Shown in pieces: positions 12,310 to 25,063 of a stretch of 64,000 nucleotides of DNA. The position numbers were made by a program, and so were the translations under genes. The notes under the pieces are model-generated. The model was not told the origin of the DNA. It worked only from the letters and a program-made list of their open reading frames with translations, and searched no databases. Source of the DNA: Piedraia hortae CBS 480.64 (lineage: Eukaryota); the NCBI GenBank assembly GCA_010093745.1, contig MU005990.1, positions 62,001 through 126,000 on the forward strand. Direction: 5' to 3'. Numbering within the stretch: the first letter of the stretch is position 1; the number at the start of each line of letters is the position of its first letter.

Positions 12310-13160
12310 ATGGAGCGCACCCCAGTTTTCTTTCTCTCGCATGGCGGTGAGACGAACACCACTCTCCTCCAAATGACATTGCTAATAATTCCGATAAAGG
12401 CCCCAACGTTATGGTGGAAACTAAGCACCCGGCACACAGCAAGATACAGGCTCTTGGCCATGAGATTACCACAAACGTTAAGCCTAAGGGTGTTGTTGTG
12501 TTTTCGGCTCATTGGCAAGGTACCAGGGACACGATCGAAGTCAACATAGCTGAATCAACTGATTTGATATACGACTTTTATGGGTTTCCGCCCGAGTTCT
12601 ACAAGATGAAGTACCCCCATAAAGGCTCACCCGAGCTTGCTCAAAAAGTCCTGCATAACCTGAAACAATCTGGCATCAAAGCCGAGGGCGTGAAACGTGG
12701 ATTGGATCATGGTGTCTGGGCGGGTTTCATGGTTGCATTCAATACGCAAAAGAATCCTTTGAATGTACCGATTGTTCAGGTTAGCTTGTTTGGCTCTGAG
12801 GACCCGGATCAGCATTATGCGCTGGGTAAGGCCATGTCATCACTTCGTGACGACGGCATCCTCATATTTTGCTCCGGAATGGCCGTGCATAATCTCCGAG
12901 ACATGTGGAAACCAGGCTTGCAATCTTACACGACTTCTTTCGATAACGCACTGAAGAGTGCGGTCGAGGCAAAGCCGTCTGAGAGGCAACAAGCAATGAT
13001 AGACCTGCTTAAGCTGCCTACTGCTCGCAAAGCACACCCAAGTTTTGATCACCTTTTGCCTATTCACATCGCAGCGGGCGCAGCGGGAGAAGATCAGGGC
13101 AAACAGCTCTGGACATATGCTGAAGGAAGCATGTCTTGGGCACAGTATCGTTTCGGATAA
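12310..13160 (+). CDS. LigB-family (class III extradiol, DODA/YgiD-like) dioxygenase; intron 12347-12399; an upstream in-frame ATG near 12196 is possible
   Basis: FLSHGGP, SAHW, IYDFYGFP, RGLDHGVW, SGMAVHNLR and AHPSFDHLLP metal-binding motifs. Confidence 0.93.
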
Positions 13161-13170
13161 ACTTGTCATC

Positions 13171-13550
13171 TTATTTCCCAGTTACCAACGATGAGACCTT
13201 ATCTTCTATTGCGCCATCGTTGAGTCCTGAAGTTGTAATTTTAGCAGATCTTCTCTACGTTGCTCTTCCACCTACCCTTTAGATCGACCATTTTCTCCCG
13301 CCCATATTCGAAGCGCGCGTAGACTCGCGGTTCAGTGCCATTTGCTTCACGAATCATGATCGGTGTATGGGGGTTTTGCTTCTTCATTTGAGGGTAGGAT
13401 CGAGTTAAAAAGGACCTTGCTAGTTGTTAGTACCTCCATCGCAGATTACATGGGGACGAATCACCGGACGGCATTGCTATGTTCGCTCGTTTGACAGTGG
13501 AGGAATCTCAACTCCTTGAGCGCTGAACTGAATGCATATTTGCCAGACAT
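13171..13550 (-). CDS. NDUFA2: NADH-ubiquinone oxidoreductase 10.5 kDa subunit (NDUFA2/B8); introns 13416-13464 and 13227-13275
   Basis: Absent from the ORF track. Manual splice gives MSGKYAFSSALKELRFLHCQTSEHSNAVR|SFLTRSYPQMKKQNPHTPIMIREANGTEPRVYARFEYGREKMVDLK|GLNDGAIEDKVSSLVTGK*. Confidence 0.93.
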
Positions 13551-13736
13551 TGTACCTGTCCTAGGCAGGAGTCGTCCAGTCGTGTATGTCACCGTTAATT
13601 GCACCGTTACCGCTGTTACGGCTACTCCCGTTACTTGTTGACCTCACCTCATTCGGCTACGGTTTTGTGCCTGAGCTCCGTCCTCCGCCCCGGCCAAAAC
13701 CACAACGTTGAGCGACCTAACGGACAAGTGGTCAAC

Positions 13737-14275
13737 ATGAATCGCATGCGCACCCCTTTTAACAGCTTTGCGCGTGCCTCGCGCCTTCGAAGCTATGCTA
13801 CTACGACCAATGAGAACGCGCTGGCCAAGCTGTGGAACAGCCCTGTCGGTCCGAAGACTGTCCACTTCTGGGCCCCGATCATGAAGGTAAACATCTCTCA
13901 ATGCTAGATTCGGGTTCGGGATTCGGGGATATTCATCTATGGAGCCATCTGCGGCGAAATGGCCCTTACCTCGCTCTTTTAGATGTTCTGTTTGCTAACA
14001 TCTTCTTCACACAGTGGGGTCTTGTCCTTGCCGGAGCTGCCGATTTTACTCGCCCAGCGGAACAGCTTTCCCTGTCACAAAATGCCGCTTTAATGGCCAC
14101 GGGTGCCATCTGGACGAGGTGGTGCTTTGTAATCCGTCCGCAGAATATGTTCCTCGCCTCCGTTAACGCACTTCTCTTTTGCGTGGGTACTACACAGGTC
14201 GCGAGGATCTTCCTCTGGAAGCGCGAGATGGAGGCGAAGAAGCAAGACAAGGGTGTCGTGGCATTTGGGCAGTAA
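13737..14275 (+). CDS. MPC2: Mitochondrial pyruvate carrier subunit (MPC2-type); intron 13887-14014
   Basis: LWNSPVGPKTVHFWAPIMK|WGLVLAG..DFTRPAEQLS..QNAALMATGAIWTRWCFVI. Confidence 0.93.
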
Positions 14276-14872
14276 ACATTGTCGAAGAGAAAAAGTTTTG
14301 TATGAAACCATGTTCAACCGCATAGCTGTACGGGTCAAGATCTGATCATTACATAATATCTGGGCAATGGCTCCAACGAGGAAATGAAAGGAATGGTTAC
14401 ACCGTGAGCCACTCTCCAAATTGTATGATTCCACAGTCCGAAAGAGTGGTACAATGTGCGTATGTCTGCTTCCCTTGTCGTGTTGGTTGTGATGCAACAA
14501 CTGGATCGATTTAACGTTGTTTTCAGTCGAGATAAATCTTGGTACCCAACCACGACTCAGCTTTGACATTCTGCGATGACGTGAGCTCCCGGGTGGATAA
14601 TGCCAACATCACATGCCGTGTTACAGTTCAAGCTTGTCGATCACGCGACACTAATGAGGCGAATGCTCCTTGGTCATTCCCAAGGATGTCTAAGAGCAAT
14701 CGATGCTATCCAGTCTGGATGATTTGCTTTCTAGCCAATACTTATAACAAACAAGATGCAAAAAGAAGGAGGCTAGACGAACAGCCTGGACATTAAAAGC
14801 TCATGCATGCAAAGACGCTGGAACTCCGACCCAAATGCCTATCAAGTCCATCCAGTTCTGTGATCATGCTAA

Positions 14873-17282
14873 TCACCGCACCAAGCGACCTGCACGTTTG
14901 ATAAAGGGGCTCGGCATGTCATCACCCATCACCATAGGATCCCATTTAGCCGGTGTTCCCCAACCCACAGTTCTACCTCCATCAATTCTCCCTTCCTCGC
15001 CTCCATGTGTTGAACGGGCCTGTGCAAGCTCCAAAATCGTACGCCCCCTGACCCCGCCCTTGCCGGGTGTAATGTTGGTGAGCCCACGGCGCACTGCTTT
15101 CGGCAAAGCCCCAGAAGGAGCTGCCGGGGGAGCCGGCGCTTTGCGAGATGGTGTGAGGATCACCCCATCCTTTCCTGTGACGGGGCGTTTGGGCGATATA
15201 GCTGTTGCAATAGGCACATTAGGACGCCCTTGGGCCTGACTGGAGGGCGGGCGATTTTCCTTTTCCTTCTCGGGACTGCTATGAATTCCCTTGTTGTAGT
15301 TACGCGTGCCTAAGCCACTGTTCGGACGAGAACGCTGCTGCTGAGCGGGCAGGCTTACGGGCATCGTGCGCTGACGGGAGTACATGGGTCGAGCCACGCG
15401 TTTCGTTGGCAACGCAGACTTCTGGGGTTCAGCATCGGCGGCCTTGAAAGGATCCCCGTGGATCACTGGATTCGAAATGCCGCTTGAAGGACGAATGATA
15501 CTGTCAGCCAGCTCATCCTCGGTATCAGGCACCTCCGCATCTGTTAAATAGTCAGAGTCACCAGCCATTTTAGGACGCAGCCGCTGCTCGTTAGCCATGG
15601 CAAATAGGTTCTTCTTAAGGCCTGCCCCCGAAAGGCGATCGGTTTCACCATTACGACGTGGAGAGAGGCTTAGTCCCTTGATGCTCATCGGCGCTACATG
15701 AGTAGGCAAAGGAGAAGGATCAGTCATGGCCACATCGATAGGTGAGCCGATTTCGGTTTCAAAGCTGTAATTCGCAAGTGTTTGGGCGCGGTTAATCGGT
15801 TTGCGGCGGGACTCCATTACCGTCTTTGTGCGTCTGGGCATGGGCGATCCATCGTCTCCTTCGTTCTCTGCAATGGACAAAGACATGAGATCTTCAATCG
15901 CCGAGACAGTCGGAACTGTCTCGGTAGACTTGGGTCGTTGACTCTTGCCCGGAGGGGTGCTAGACCGTACATGGCTTGCAACCAGATTCGTGTTGTCTAT
16001 TCCATGACTAGGAGGAAGGCTTGCGCGGTGGAGTCTGAGCTTTTCCTCGACGCGTTCTTCAACAGCAAAATCGAATTGTGCTTGGAGGAGTGTCTTGTAC
16101 TCCGCCACACGCTGGTCAATAGCCAATGTTGCTTTGGCATGCCATTCCATTTCAATTTTCTTTCCCGCCTCTCGCAGCCGTTCCACCTCCTGCTGCAAGT
16201 CCCGTATTTGTTGGTGAGCCACATTGAGTTTGTGAAGAGTCGAATCTCGGTCCTGGGTGGCACGTTCCAGCTGGAGTGTAGTTTCAACTCTCACTCTCAC
16301 AGCCTTGATTTCTTTGACGTTAAGGAGCTGGGCCATATCCGGACGTTTGGCAGGGTCGACTTTTAGACACCAACTGATTGTCTCCCACAATTCCCTCGAG
16401 TAAAAATCGGGCAGAGGCTTAATCCGTCCAGACTTGATCTTCATTACCAACTCGACGTGGCTGCGAGCATCAAAGGGTACACAACGCGTGGCAAGCTCGT
16501 AGATGATACACCCAAGACTCCAGACATCAGAGAAGTGCGAATAGCGTTCGGCGGCGCAGATCTCCGGTGACATGTAAAAGGGTGTGCCAACGTAGGTGCT
16601 AGCAAAGTCGTGTGAACGAATCATCTTGGATAGTCCAAAATCGCCGAGCTTGACGGCATTATTGTTCCCCAAGAAAACTTGACAAGGTCAGTAAAATCGA
16701 AGAGAGCGAACGGACAAGGAATCACTTACCATTCTCCGGCTTGAGATCGCGATGCAAGATCACATTGTGTCCTTGCTTGCTCACTAGACGTCCTTTCTTG
16801 ACAACCGCCTCTTCGCCCACCTTGGGCGCATCTTCTCCATAATGGCAACGATACAGCGCACTTACGAGCTGCGCAAAAACCTCCCAAACAAAATCCTCTG
16901 AAGCATACCGGCCTTCGTCTCTAAGCGCTTTAATGTAACCGCCGAGGTCGCCATTCCCGCAGTATTCCATGTAGAGGTGTATGTCAGAGGTGCTCTTGAT
17001 ATGCTCTCGAGTATAGTACTGAACGACATTGGGATGTCTCAGTCCTCTCAAGATGTCGAGTTCCGCGGCGAGTTGGTGTTTTTCCTTTTCGGACATTTTC
17101 GAATACGATATTTCCTTGCGACAGAGTACAGTCCCATCTGCCTTCCGGCGTACCTTACGAATGATCCCGAACGAGCCCTGACCTGGGATACGTTAGCAAG
17201 CGCGTCGAGTTGGGCGAGTCGATGGTGTACCAATCTTCTGGAGTACCTCGTACTTCTCCTCCTCTTCTCCCATTTTCGCCAT
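14873..17282 (-). CDS. nimA: G2-specific NEK-family protein kinase NimA; introns 17183-17230 and 16678-16729
   Basis: GQGSFG, HRDLKPEN, KLGDFGLSK...YVGTPFYMSPE, coiled coil with IEMEWHAKATLAIDQRV, and terminal WDP...DDMPSPF. Confidence 0.94.
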
Positions 17283-17694
17283 AACGTGCTGCTGAATCTA
17301 CCAGAGTGTTTCGGCGATCGCAAAAGACTGTTGATATCCAAAGCCCGGTGTGAGATGGTCCCTCGGCGATCGATGTCCAGAGCCGCTTCAAGCTTGTGTC
17401 ATGCCCCGAAGTCGACACTGAACAAGGCGTCGCAAGGTCTAATGTCTATCAAAAATGCGGTGCAGTCAGCTGTATGTTAGTGAGAGCAATGCGCAGTAAC
17501 AAGTGGTAGTTGCGCCTGACTGAATGTTTTTGCGTCGTTTGGCCAATGCGGTTGGCCCAGCAACCATCTACATGCCCGGGGGACCAACTGTGGGGGAGCG
17601 ACGTCACTCACAAAATGCTTTCTTAGTGACGCTTTGATCGACCCACTTCCACTTCCACGACTGTACAGGTTAGACTAGACTAGTTAGTCGAAAA

Positions 17695-19561
17695 ATGACT
17701 GCTGCTGCAGTGCTAGATAAGCATCAGCTAGAACAGGCCCTTTATGAGGAGCGCCAAGCCGTTTCGTCGGGTGCTTTGAAAGAAGAAAACCCCCTCGACA
17801 CCAGCGGCGAGTTCCGAGCCCTTTGCGAGGCCTGTCGTAGGGGTGATTTGCGTAGTTGTCAAGAGCAAATTGACAAATGTGCAAACATCAATGCGAAGGA
17901 TGAATACGATTACACGCCTCTCATACTGGCAAGTTCAATCCTTTGCTTGACCGTGTCGCAGGGCTGATGCTGAGAATTTGTAGGCGTCCCTTTGTGGACA
18001 CTATGAAGTTGTTCGAATGCTACTAGAGCAGGGCGCCCGCTGTGAACGCGACACATTCCAGGGCGAACGTTGCCTGTATAACGCACTGAACGACAGAATT
18101 CGTGATCTTTTGCTGTCCTATGACTATGCCAAGTCTACAGATCCGCTTCAGCCTCTGGCAGCACACATAACAAGCCTGCTTGGGAGAGAGCAACCACGAA
18201 CGTCGGATATCGCAATTGTGGGTGGAGAAACGACCCTGCAACTGCACAAATTTATCTTGTCTGCCCGTAGCCCATATATGAGGAGGGAACTTTCAAAGAC
18301 TCCAAATATCAAGAAACTGCGCCTCGAGGCCTCATCGGCAAGCATTCGGGCCTCTATGCGTTTTCTCTATCTAAGCGAACTAGGGGCAGAATGGGAGAAT
18401 GCGGGCAGTCATGAGATTGGTGAACTAAGCAAGCGACTGGAAGTACCTCAATTAGAAGAACATTCCATACAAACGTCGGACAGAAGAGTAGGGCGGCAAC
18501 GCAGGACGGCTGAGCTAGAGAGGGCTCGAGACCAGTTAGAGGTTTGGCTCGATGAGCATGTGATAAAGCACAAGTTCGAGGTGGACAGCAACAAGATTGA
18601 CGAGGTCAGATGGGAGCTGGGCAATTCTGCATTTGCTGACGTGCTTTTACGGGCTGAGGATGAGGCCTGGGAAGATAAGGACGAAGCAAATAGGTTGGCA
18701 ACCCAACTTGCCGAGGTGGACTTGCAGGATGACGGAAAAAAAGGCAAAGCTTGTGCTTCCATGCCTGGACAACGACGGTCAACTTTGTATCCCGCGCATC
18801 GTGCAATGCTGCTACGCTCTGAAGTCTTTGCCACCATGTTCTCTTCACCCTTTCGTGAGGGTCAAGAGAACCGAAATCTGCAAGTCATCCCTGTAGACTG
18901 TTCACCTGAGGTGCTGGAAATTGTTTTAAGGTTTCTCTACACAGAGCAAGCGACATTCCCTTTGTCCCTGGCCTTGAAAGTGCTGCAGGTGGCTGATATG
19001 CTATTTATCGAAAGACTAAAACAACGTGCAGCGCTATTGATCAGCACACTTGGTAATGGCACGGCATCAGTGGCGATCAAGGCTGGCGACGAACAAGAGG
19101 AGGAAGACGTCAACATTTATGACATAGTTCGAGTTGGCTGGGACACCAGAGTTCAACGGCTCGAAGAGTTTGGGGCGCGGTACCTCGCTTACCGCCTTGA
19201 GCGGTACATAGAGGAGCCTGAATTCCAAGAGCTTGTTCTCGAGTCAGCGAGCCGCATCACGCGCCGTCAGGAAATTGATTCTGTCGAACTCATTGATGAC
19301 ATCCGGTACTACCTTTCAGAAAGGTTTAGGTTGAGGATGGAAGATAGCGGGCTGAACGAGATGCTCGATGACGAACCCAATCCAGAGGGCAAAGAGTCAC
19401 GGCCCACCAATGAGCAACCACAGACGGACTTCGCCGGAGGGCGCGTTCGTGCGCTCAACGACGAACTTGCAGGTGACGAATTCGCTCAGAACGCCATCGA
19501 TTATCAAATACTGCTAGACAGGATTGACAGGCTCATGGAACACTTAGGATTGGATGGCTAA
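17695..19561 (+). CDS. Ankyrin-repeat + two BTB/POZ domain protein (Btb3/ABTB1-like cullin-3 adaptor); GC-AG intron 17929-17983
   Basis: LCEACRRGD, YTPLIL|ASLCGHYEVV, ERCLYNALN, LHKFILSARSPY and YPAHRAML.RSE. Confidence 0.92.
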
Positions 19562-19943
19562 GAGGGTCAACGAGGATTGCTTGCAGTAGCACGTGGGTCA
19601 TTGACGCGCCCTGTCCGCAATGCATATCGTCCTACGTTGCCTTCGCTTGAGGAGCATCCCAAAGTGGCTGATGCCTCTCTAAGTAGATGCTGCTGGCAAC
19701 ACTTACAATGTGTTCCCCCAGGTCCCATGAGCTTTTGCCTGCCAACAATCCGCTACCAACAGTGATTGGCGTGGATCCATCTTGTTGGTCTCAGCCCAAG
19801 TCCCATGCCGTGCCACCAAGTTTGCCTAAGCTTAGTCGGCAAGCTTCTTTGAAGAACAAGGGTATATAACCAAGGCCTCGATCCCCGGTTGCTGCTACTC
19901 ATTCCCTCACCTGGCTCCTCGATCAAGTATCAAGATTCCCAAC

Positions 19944-20704
19944 ATGTTGGCTCCACTCGCTGCTATGCTATTTTTGGCAACTCTCGGTAAATATTTTTTC
20001 CGTTTTTTAGATTAAACTCTAATTCCACTTCAGTTGCGTCTGCCCAAACGTCGATTGCCAATGGTGCCCATCTAACGATACTACCTCTTGGTGCTTCGAT
20101 CGTCTGGGGCTATGAATCGAGCGATAACAACGGTTTCAGGCTTAAACTGCGTGAACTGCTCGAGAACAATGGCAACCAAGTTACGTATATCGGCAGCCAG
20201 CATAATGGGGGGATGACCAACAACGCTTGCGAGGCCTACCCTGGGAAAACCATTGAGGAGGTCACAGCCTCGCCTCTTGGCACTGGGGTTTTTGATGACA
20301 ATCCTAATGTCGTGTTAATCCATTTGGGCACCAACAACTGTGTGCAAAATAAAGCGACTAGTGATTCTGCCAACCACTATGGCGATCTATTGAACGACAT
20401 CAAAAAGCATGCCCCCAATGCTGTTGTTGTTGCCTCTACCCTTATACCCAATGGCAATGCAAATATTGAGTCTTGCATCAAGGATCTCAACAATCGCCTT
20501 TCGAATGTTGTTGCGAACGCGCGAAGCAATGGCCAGAAGATCACGCTGGTTGACATGCACGCTGTAGTTCCTCTCAGTCAACTTAATGCGGACAAAACCC
20601 ATCCAACCGACACCGGATACCAGATGATGGCCCAATCGTGGTACTCTACTCTTCTTGGCACATCAAACATGCTCGAGAAGAAGGCTCGTCACTGGGTTGC
20701 TTAA
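19944..20704 (+). CDS. Secreted SGNH hydrolase, carbohydrate esterase family 3-like; intron 19987-20033
   Basis: Signal peptide, ILPLGASIVWG (block I), LIHLGTNN (block III) and DKTHP (block V). TATA box at ~19863. Confidence 0.9.
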
Positions 20705-20997
20705 GCTATGCACTCGGTTTAACGTTGATTTCGGTTATGAATGAACAAGATACCACTGTGCGTTGTTTTAATTCATTGCTTGCATAGCTTTCTATTTAAC
20801 TTGAGTTTTGTGTCCACTACTTCGCCGCACTAATCCTCTTCACTCTCTAGCTCTACCATATCCCCCCTCCCCACCCAATTCAGAAAGGCCTTCATATGTC
20901 GATTTCTTCCATTCGAATATCAGCATTATCTTCTTCCCCAAGTATTTACGGGGAACTGCAAACAGCAACTTCATCGGTACCTAGAATCAAGATCTAG

Positions 20998-21856
20998 ATG
21001 TACAACTGTGACCATAGCCATATTCAAAACTGCTTCTGGATCTCTGGGCGTAAGAAGATCGGGAAATACAAGATCTTGTTCAGGGTTGCGGTCTCATCCA
21101 GCAGCTCAGTCATGTTGGGCAGTGATGAGAACGGCGATACGGTCATCATCAAAAACATGAAGCCTAAATCAATCTATACACCATTCGAAATCGTCCTCCT
21201 GACTAAAATTATGGGCCAGCATCCTGATATCAACACCGCACTAGATTACTGGTTCGACGGTAAACTTCACTATCTTGTGATGGAATACTGCCAGGGTGGA
21301 GACCTGTTCGGCTTCATCGTTCATTGGGTGTTAATGTACTGCTATCAGGAGGCACGTATTCACCTATTATCACCAAACATTCCTAGCCTCGATGGCAACT
21401 GCATTAGGATACCTTCATGAGGAAAAGCTGGTTATCCATCGAGACATCAAGCCTGAGGACATGTTTTTGAAATTCAGCACTCCTGATGATGTGCCTCCTG
21501 TTTTAGTCCTCGGTGACTTTGGCCTTTCAAGCCCGATGAATGACACTCACGGAGTATCGGGCTCGCCGGGATATTTCTCTCCAAAATGCAAACAGTCCTT
21601 GTCCTTAGAAGAGCACGCTCGCGACAAGGGTGTGCAAACACCTAAATTAGACATGTACTGCTTCGGCGCAGTATTGTCTTGCTTGTTAACTTCTGAATTG
21701 TTTGATAATCGACGTGAAGAGAGCAAGTCGCATCTTCTTCGGCCAAAATTAGCGCGGGCTAAGGCTCCAGATAATACCAGGGAGTTTACAATCAGATGTC
21801 TTAGCGAACAACCCGAAGACAGGCCTGAAACCTTGGAATTCGTGCAGTTGGATTAG
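20998..21856 (+). pseudogene. Frameshifted Ser/Thr kinase pseudogene
   Basis: LVMEYCQGGDL is in one frame and HRDIKPED / VLGDFG / GSPGYFSPK / KLDMYCFG in another, with no usable intron between them. The catalytic Asn and the APE Glu are substituted. Confidence 0.75.
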
Positions 21857-22539
21857 AAATGCGAGACGAAGTGGACGCCATGCTACGCATAAGTATCAAA
21901 ATGCCGGTTAACTCTTGGCCAAGGCAAGCGGATTGTATCTTGGGCAAAACGTCGAAACGCGGTGGGGTTGCTGTAAACCTCTCGTAAGGTGAGTTTGCGC
22001 TATTGCGATCATTCTCCATGATTGTGGCTTAGTTATGCATGCATGCATGCCATCGGCACGGCATGCATACAGCTGCGCCTTTCCGAAGATGATTGTTACC
22101 TCATGCATCAGTCAGATGATTCGGTAGACCCGCGCCATGCATTTGTTCGCATTTCTCCGAGCAATCTCCATCTTTGCGAGATTGCGCACGGAGCCTCTCC
22201 TCTTTGGTAAAGATCACAAGTTTGGTGTCTAAATCAATCTATGTTACATCTACAAGACGTCTTTGCGGTCTTCTTGGCTTGCGCCATGCGGACGCACGCG
22301 ATGACGTTGAAGAAAGACGCATCAACTGATTCACATGCTTTTTCAAAATTTTCCTCTGTCCCGATGGACCCTGCACGATCCGCACCTTAAGTTGATCATG
22401 GGAAGATCGGGATGGTATGATATTAGTAGATTGATCCCTTGTCACTCGCCATCATAATGCCCAGCGATTAACTGCCATCCCAATCAGAGATCCTCGCGTC
22501 TACATAGCTTCTATGGCCCGAATCCTCCCACAACATCGC

Positions 22540-23281
22540 AAGACTCAACGGCAATCTTGTTGCTAAATATGGTGTACAAGTTTGTCTAGTGGAGGCGGAG
22601 ACGATGCGATACGTCGCAGACAACAGCGATGTCCCGGTGCCTAGAGTTCATGGGATCCGAACAGATCCAGCCACTCGGGAAAACTTTATTATCATGGATT
22701 TTGTGCCGGGCATGAGATTATACAGCCTGCTGCTACGTCTGACACAGAGCGAGAAGGACGATATTGCACGGCGGATCATGGATGCCCTGACCAAATTACG
22801 CAATTCACCAGAACCAGGATACCTGGACTCCACCGGCAGGCATGCTGTTACTCATGGCATGCTTTGAGGTCTCGATGACCCTGACACACTGACATCGGGA
22901 CTCTTGGAGAACAAAGCCGCTTTCAATGAAGGGCCACTGCGGAAACTAGCCACAGAGCCTCTCGTGGCCTCGTCTTATCCTAATTCTTCAGAAGCTGTTT
23001 TCCAAAACTTTCAGTGACCACTGAACAGTCCTCATGCACGGCGCTCTACAACCCAAAAACATCATAGTGCACAGAATAGGGAGCAAGGAAGATGGTAGCG
23101 TACCATTTCATTGATTGATTGGGAGACCTCGAGGTGGTATCCAGGATATTGGGAATACTACCTATCAATTTTGTCGGGTCGATTCAAGCCAGATTGACTC
23201 GAGATGACAGAGAAGTTCTTCCCGGTATATTGCCACGAATTTGCGCTGATGCTTGTGTTATTTCATTTCCTGTACTATTGA
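22540..23281 (+). pseudogene. APH/choline-kinase-like phosphotransferase pseudogene
   Basis: VAKYG...EAETMRYV...VPVPRV, IIMDFVPG, HGALQPKNIIV and LIDWETSRWYPGYWEY, interrupted by in-frame TGA stops and frameshifts. Confidence 0.82.
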
Positions 23282-23357
23282 CTCTTTCGCGGCGCTCTGA
23301 TTCATCAGGCACGTCTATTCTGTAGGGATGTGCACCAGCTTGCAACTTCAGGTGCAC

Positions 23358-23733
23358 TCATGATTGTAAAATACCAGCTTCATTCAAGGCTTGGACGATA
23401 GAAGCCATCCATTGAGTACAGCGACGCACAGGCTTCAACTTATCGATCGGCGTTCCTTTGAGCTTAAGTTGAGGACCTGGGACTGGGATACTCTGGCATA
23501 TTTGTTTAAAGTGATTAAAGTCGGACAATTTGACTTCACCAATCTTCGTCCCTGGTACATACGAGGCTGATTTCTTGGCGTTATGTGCTTTCTCATCCTT
23601 GTACGTCATACCTCCTCGTTCCAAGACTTCAAACATGCATCCAGATCTTTCTTCAGGTTTCCCCCGTCTCGACAAATATGCCGATATGAATTATTGCGCC
23701 TAAATACTCAGCGGTCTAGACGTTGTAAGACAT
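23358..23733 (-). pseudogene. DUF6540-like small protein pseudogene
   Basis: MSYNV*TAEYLGAIIHIGIFVET, then a frameshift at a G5 run into GMTY...IGEV...CQSIPVPGPQ...RRCTQW..IVQALNEAGIL. The family name is from memory. Confidence 0.65.
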
Positions 23734-23786
23734 CGATAACGTAGTGAGGCGATGAGATCGTTGTAAGGTGATGTGTGTAATGAGAC

Positions 23787-23818
23787 GATCTAAGGGAAAG
23801 GGGATCTAAGGGAAAGGG
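23787..23818. repeat. 16-bp direct tandem duplication (GATCTAAGGGAAAGGG x2)
   Basis: Read directly from the sequence. Confidence 0.85.
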
Positions 23819-24891
23819 GAAAGCTACATTATGATATGTACCAAGAGATCGGCCATTGTTATATTTGTGAGTAGATGTGTACCAGTATGCATACAAGTCT
23901 CTACAGAAAACTAGTTGACGCGTCAAGTCGAGAGCCGAGCACCGATTACTAGATTACTAATAATGCGCGTAATATACCGCATACTTAAAACAGCCATGCT
24001 GATCAGTCCTGTTTAGGCATAGTGTTACGGCGCAGTCGCGCATGACAATCGCCGATGATCGATTTGGGCGGCTGAAGTGGCGCTTTGAACGGCCGCCTCA
24101 TTTCCAGAGTAGGTGAGCGGCTGCAACGGATTTGGTTGGGCCTATTGTATGCGAAGGCCTCTGTCACCCCTCGTCTTCACCAGAAGTTCGGGTCAAATGT
24201 GCTTCAAAATCTTCAACGAAGAGACGAAATGTTGTACGATCGTTCGTGACCGATATACCTATACCCTACATCGAGTCAACGGCTTGTTGCCGCCTCTGTG
24301 ATTGGCCAACCATAGAGCAAGGCGGCTAGCGAGGCAGCTAGTAGCCAATCGCGGCACAAGGTGGCTATGCATGTATCAAGTGCTGCGTTAGAACCCCTGT
24401 CTCTGGCCATTGAATACGTGGCGACACAGTGACACCCGAACACGTTTCCAGGTTCAGAATCGTTTCTCAGCAGGCTCATATCAAGTCTGGTTGTTTTCTC
24501 TTTCGAACGAGCGTTTTTCTATCTGTTTGTTTTACTAGGCATCGTTTCGCTGTACACCGGCTATCATATACTGCCGTGGCTGGGCCAGTTTTCCGAGTAA
24601 GAGCAACAATATTATTTTAGCCTCAGCAGCAGCAACATATAACAGAGCCTTATCACAGCCAACCCCGCATATCCCCAGCATATCCTCAGCATATGACGAA
24701 GATATGATCACCCAAATAAGATCATTATCATATGTTGTCTAAAACTCACGCGATATGACGAACATATCATCATTGGGAGATGAATGACATTGGTGTTGAG
24801 TATGAGGAGAAGGTTGACTAGAGGGTGCAGACGCTATCGACGCGTTGTAGCAGTTGAAAACCGTCATACTGTTGAGAAAATCAACTCACAT

Positions 24892-25063
24892 TGTCAAGGC
24901 CCCACTTCCAGTCACTTGGCCTCGGCACGGCCCGTGAAATACTACAACACCGAGACAGTTGCCCTTTTGGTCCTTAGGCGTTGTTCTAGTCTTTTAGGCA
25001 ATATAGAGTAGCGCACACCGCTTAGCTCCGTCATTTGTGACCTCCGGCCTCTCGGGACTGACT
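24892..25063. mobile_element. Solo LTR (copy 1), 5-bp TSD CACAT
   Basis: TGTCA...TGAC(T) flanked by CACAT at 24887-24891 and 25064-25068. Clearly homologous to 56571-56762. Confidence 0.88.

Noticed and set aside
22035..22051. (ATGC)n microsatellite
   Set aside because: A short simple repeat with no further structure.
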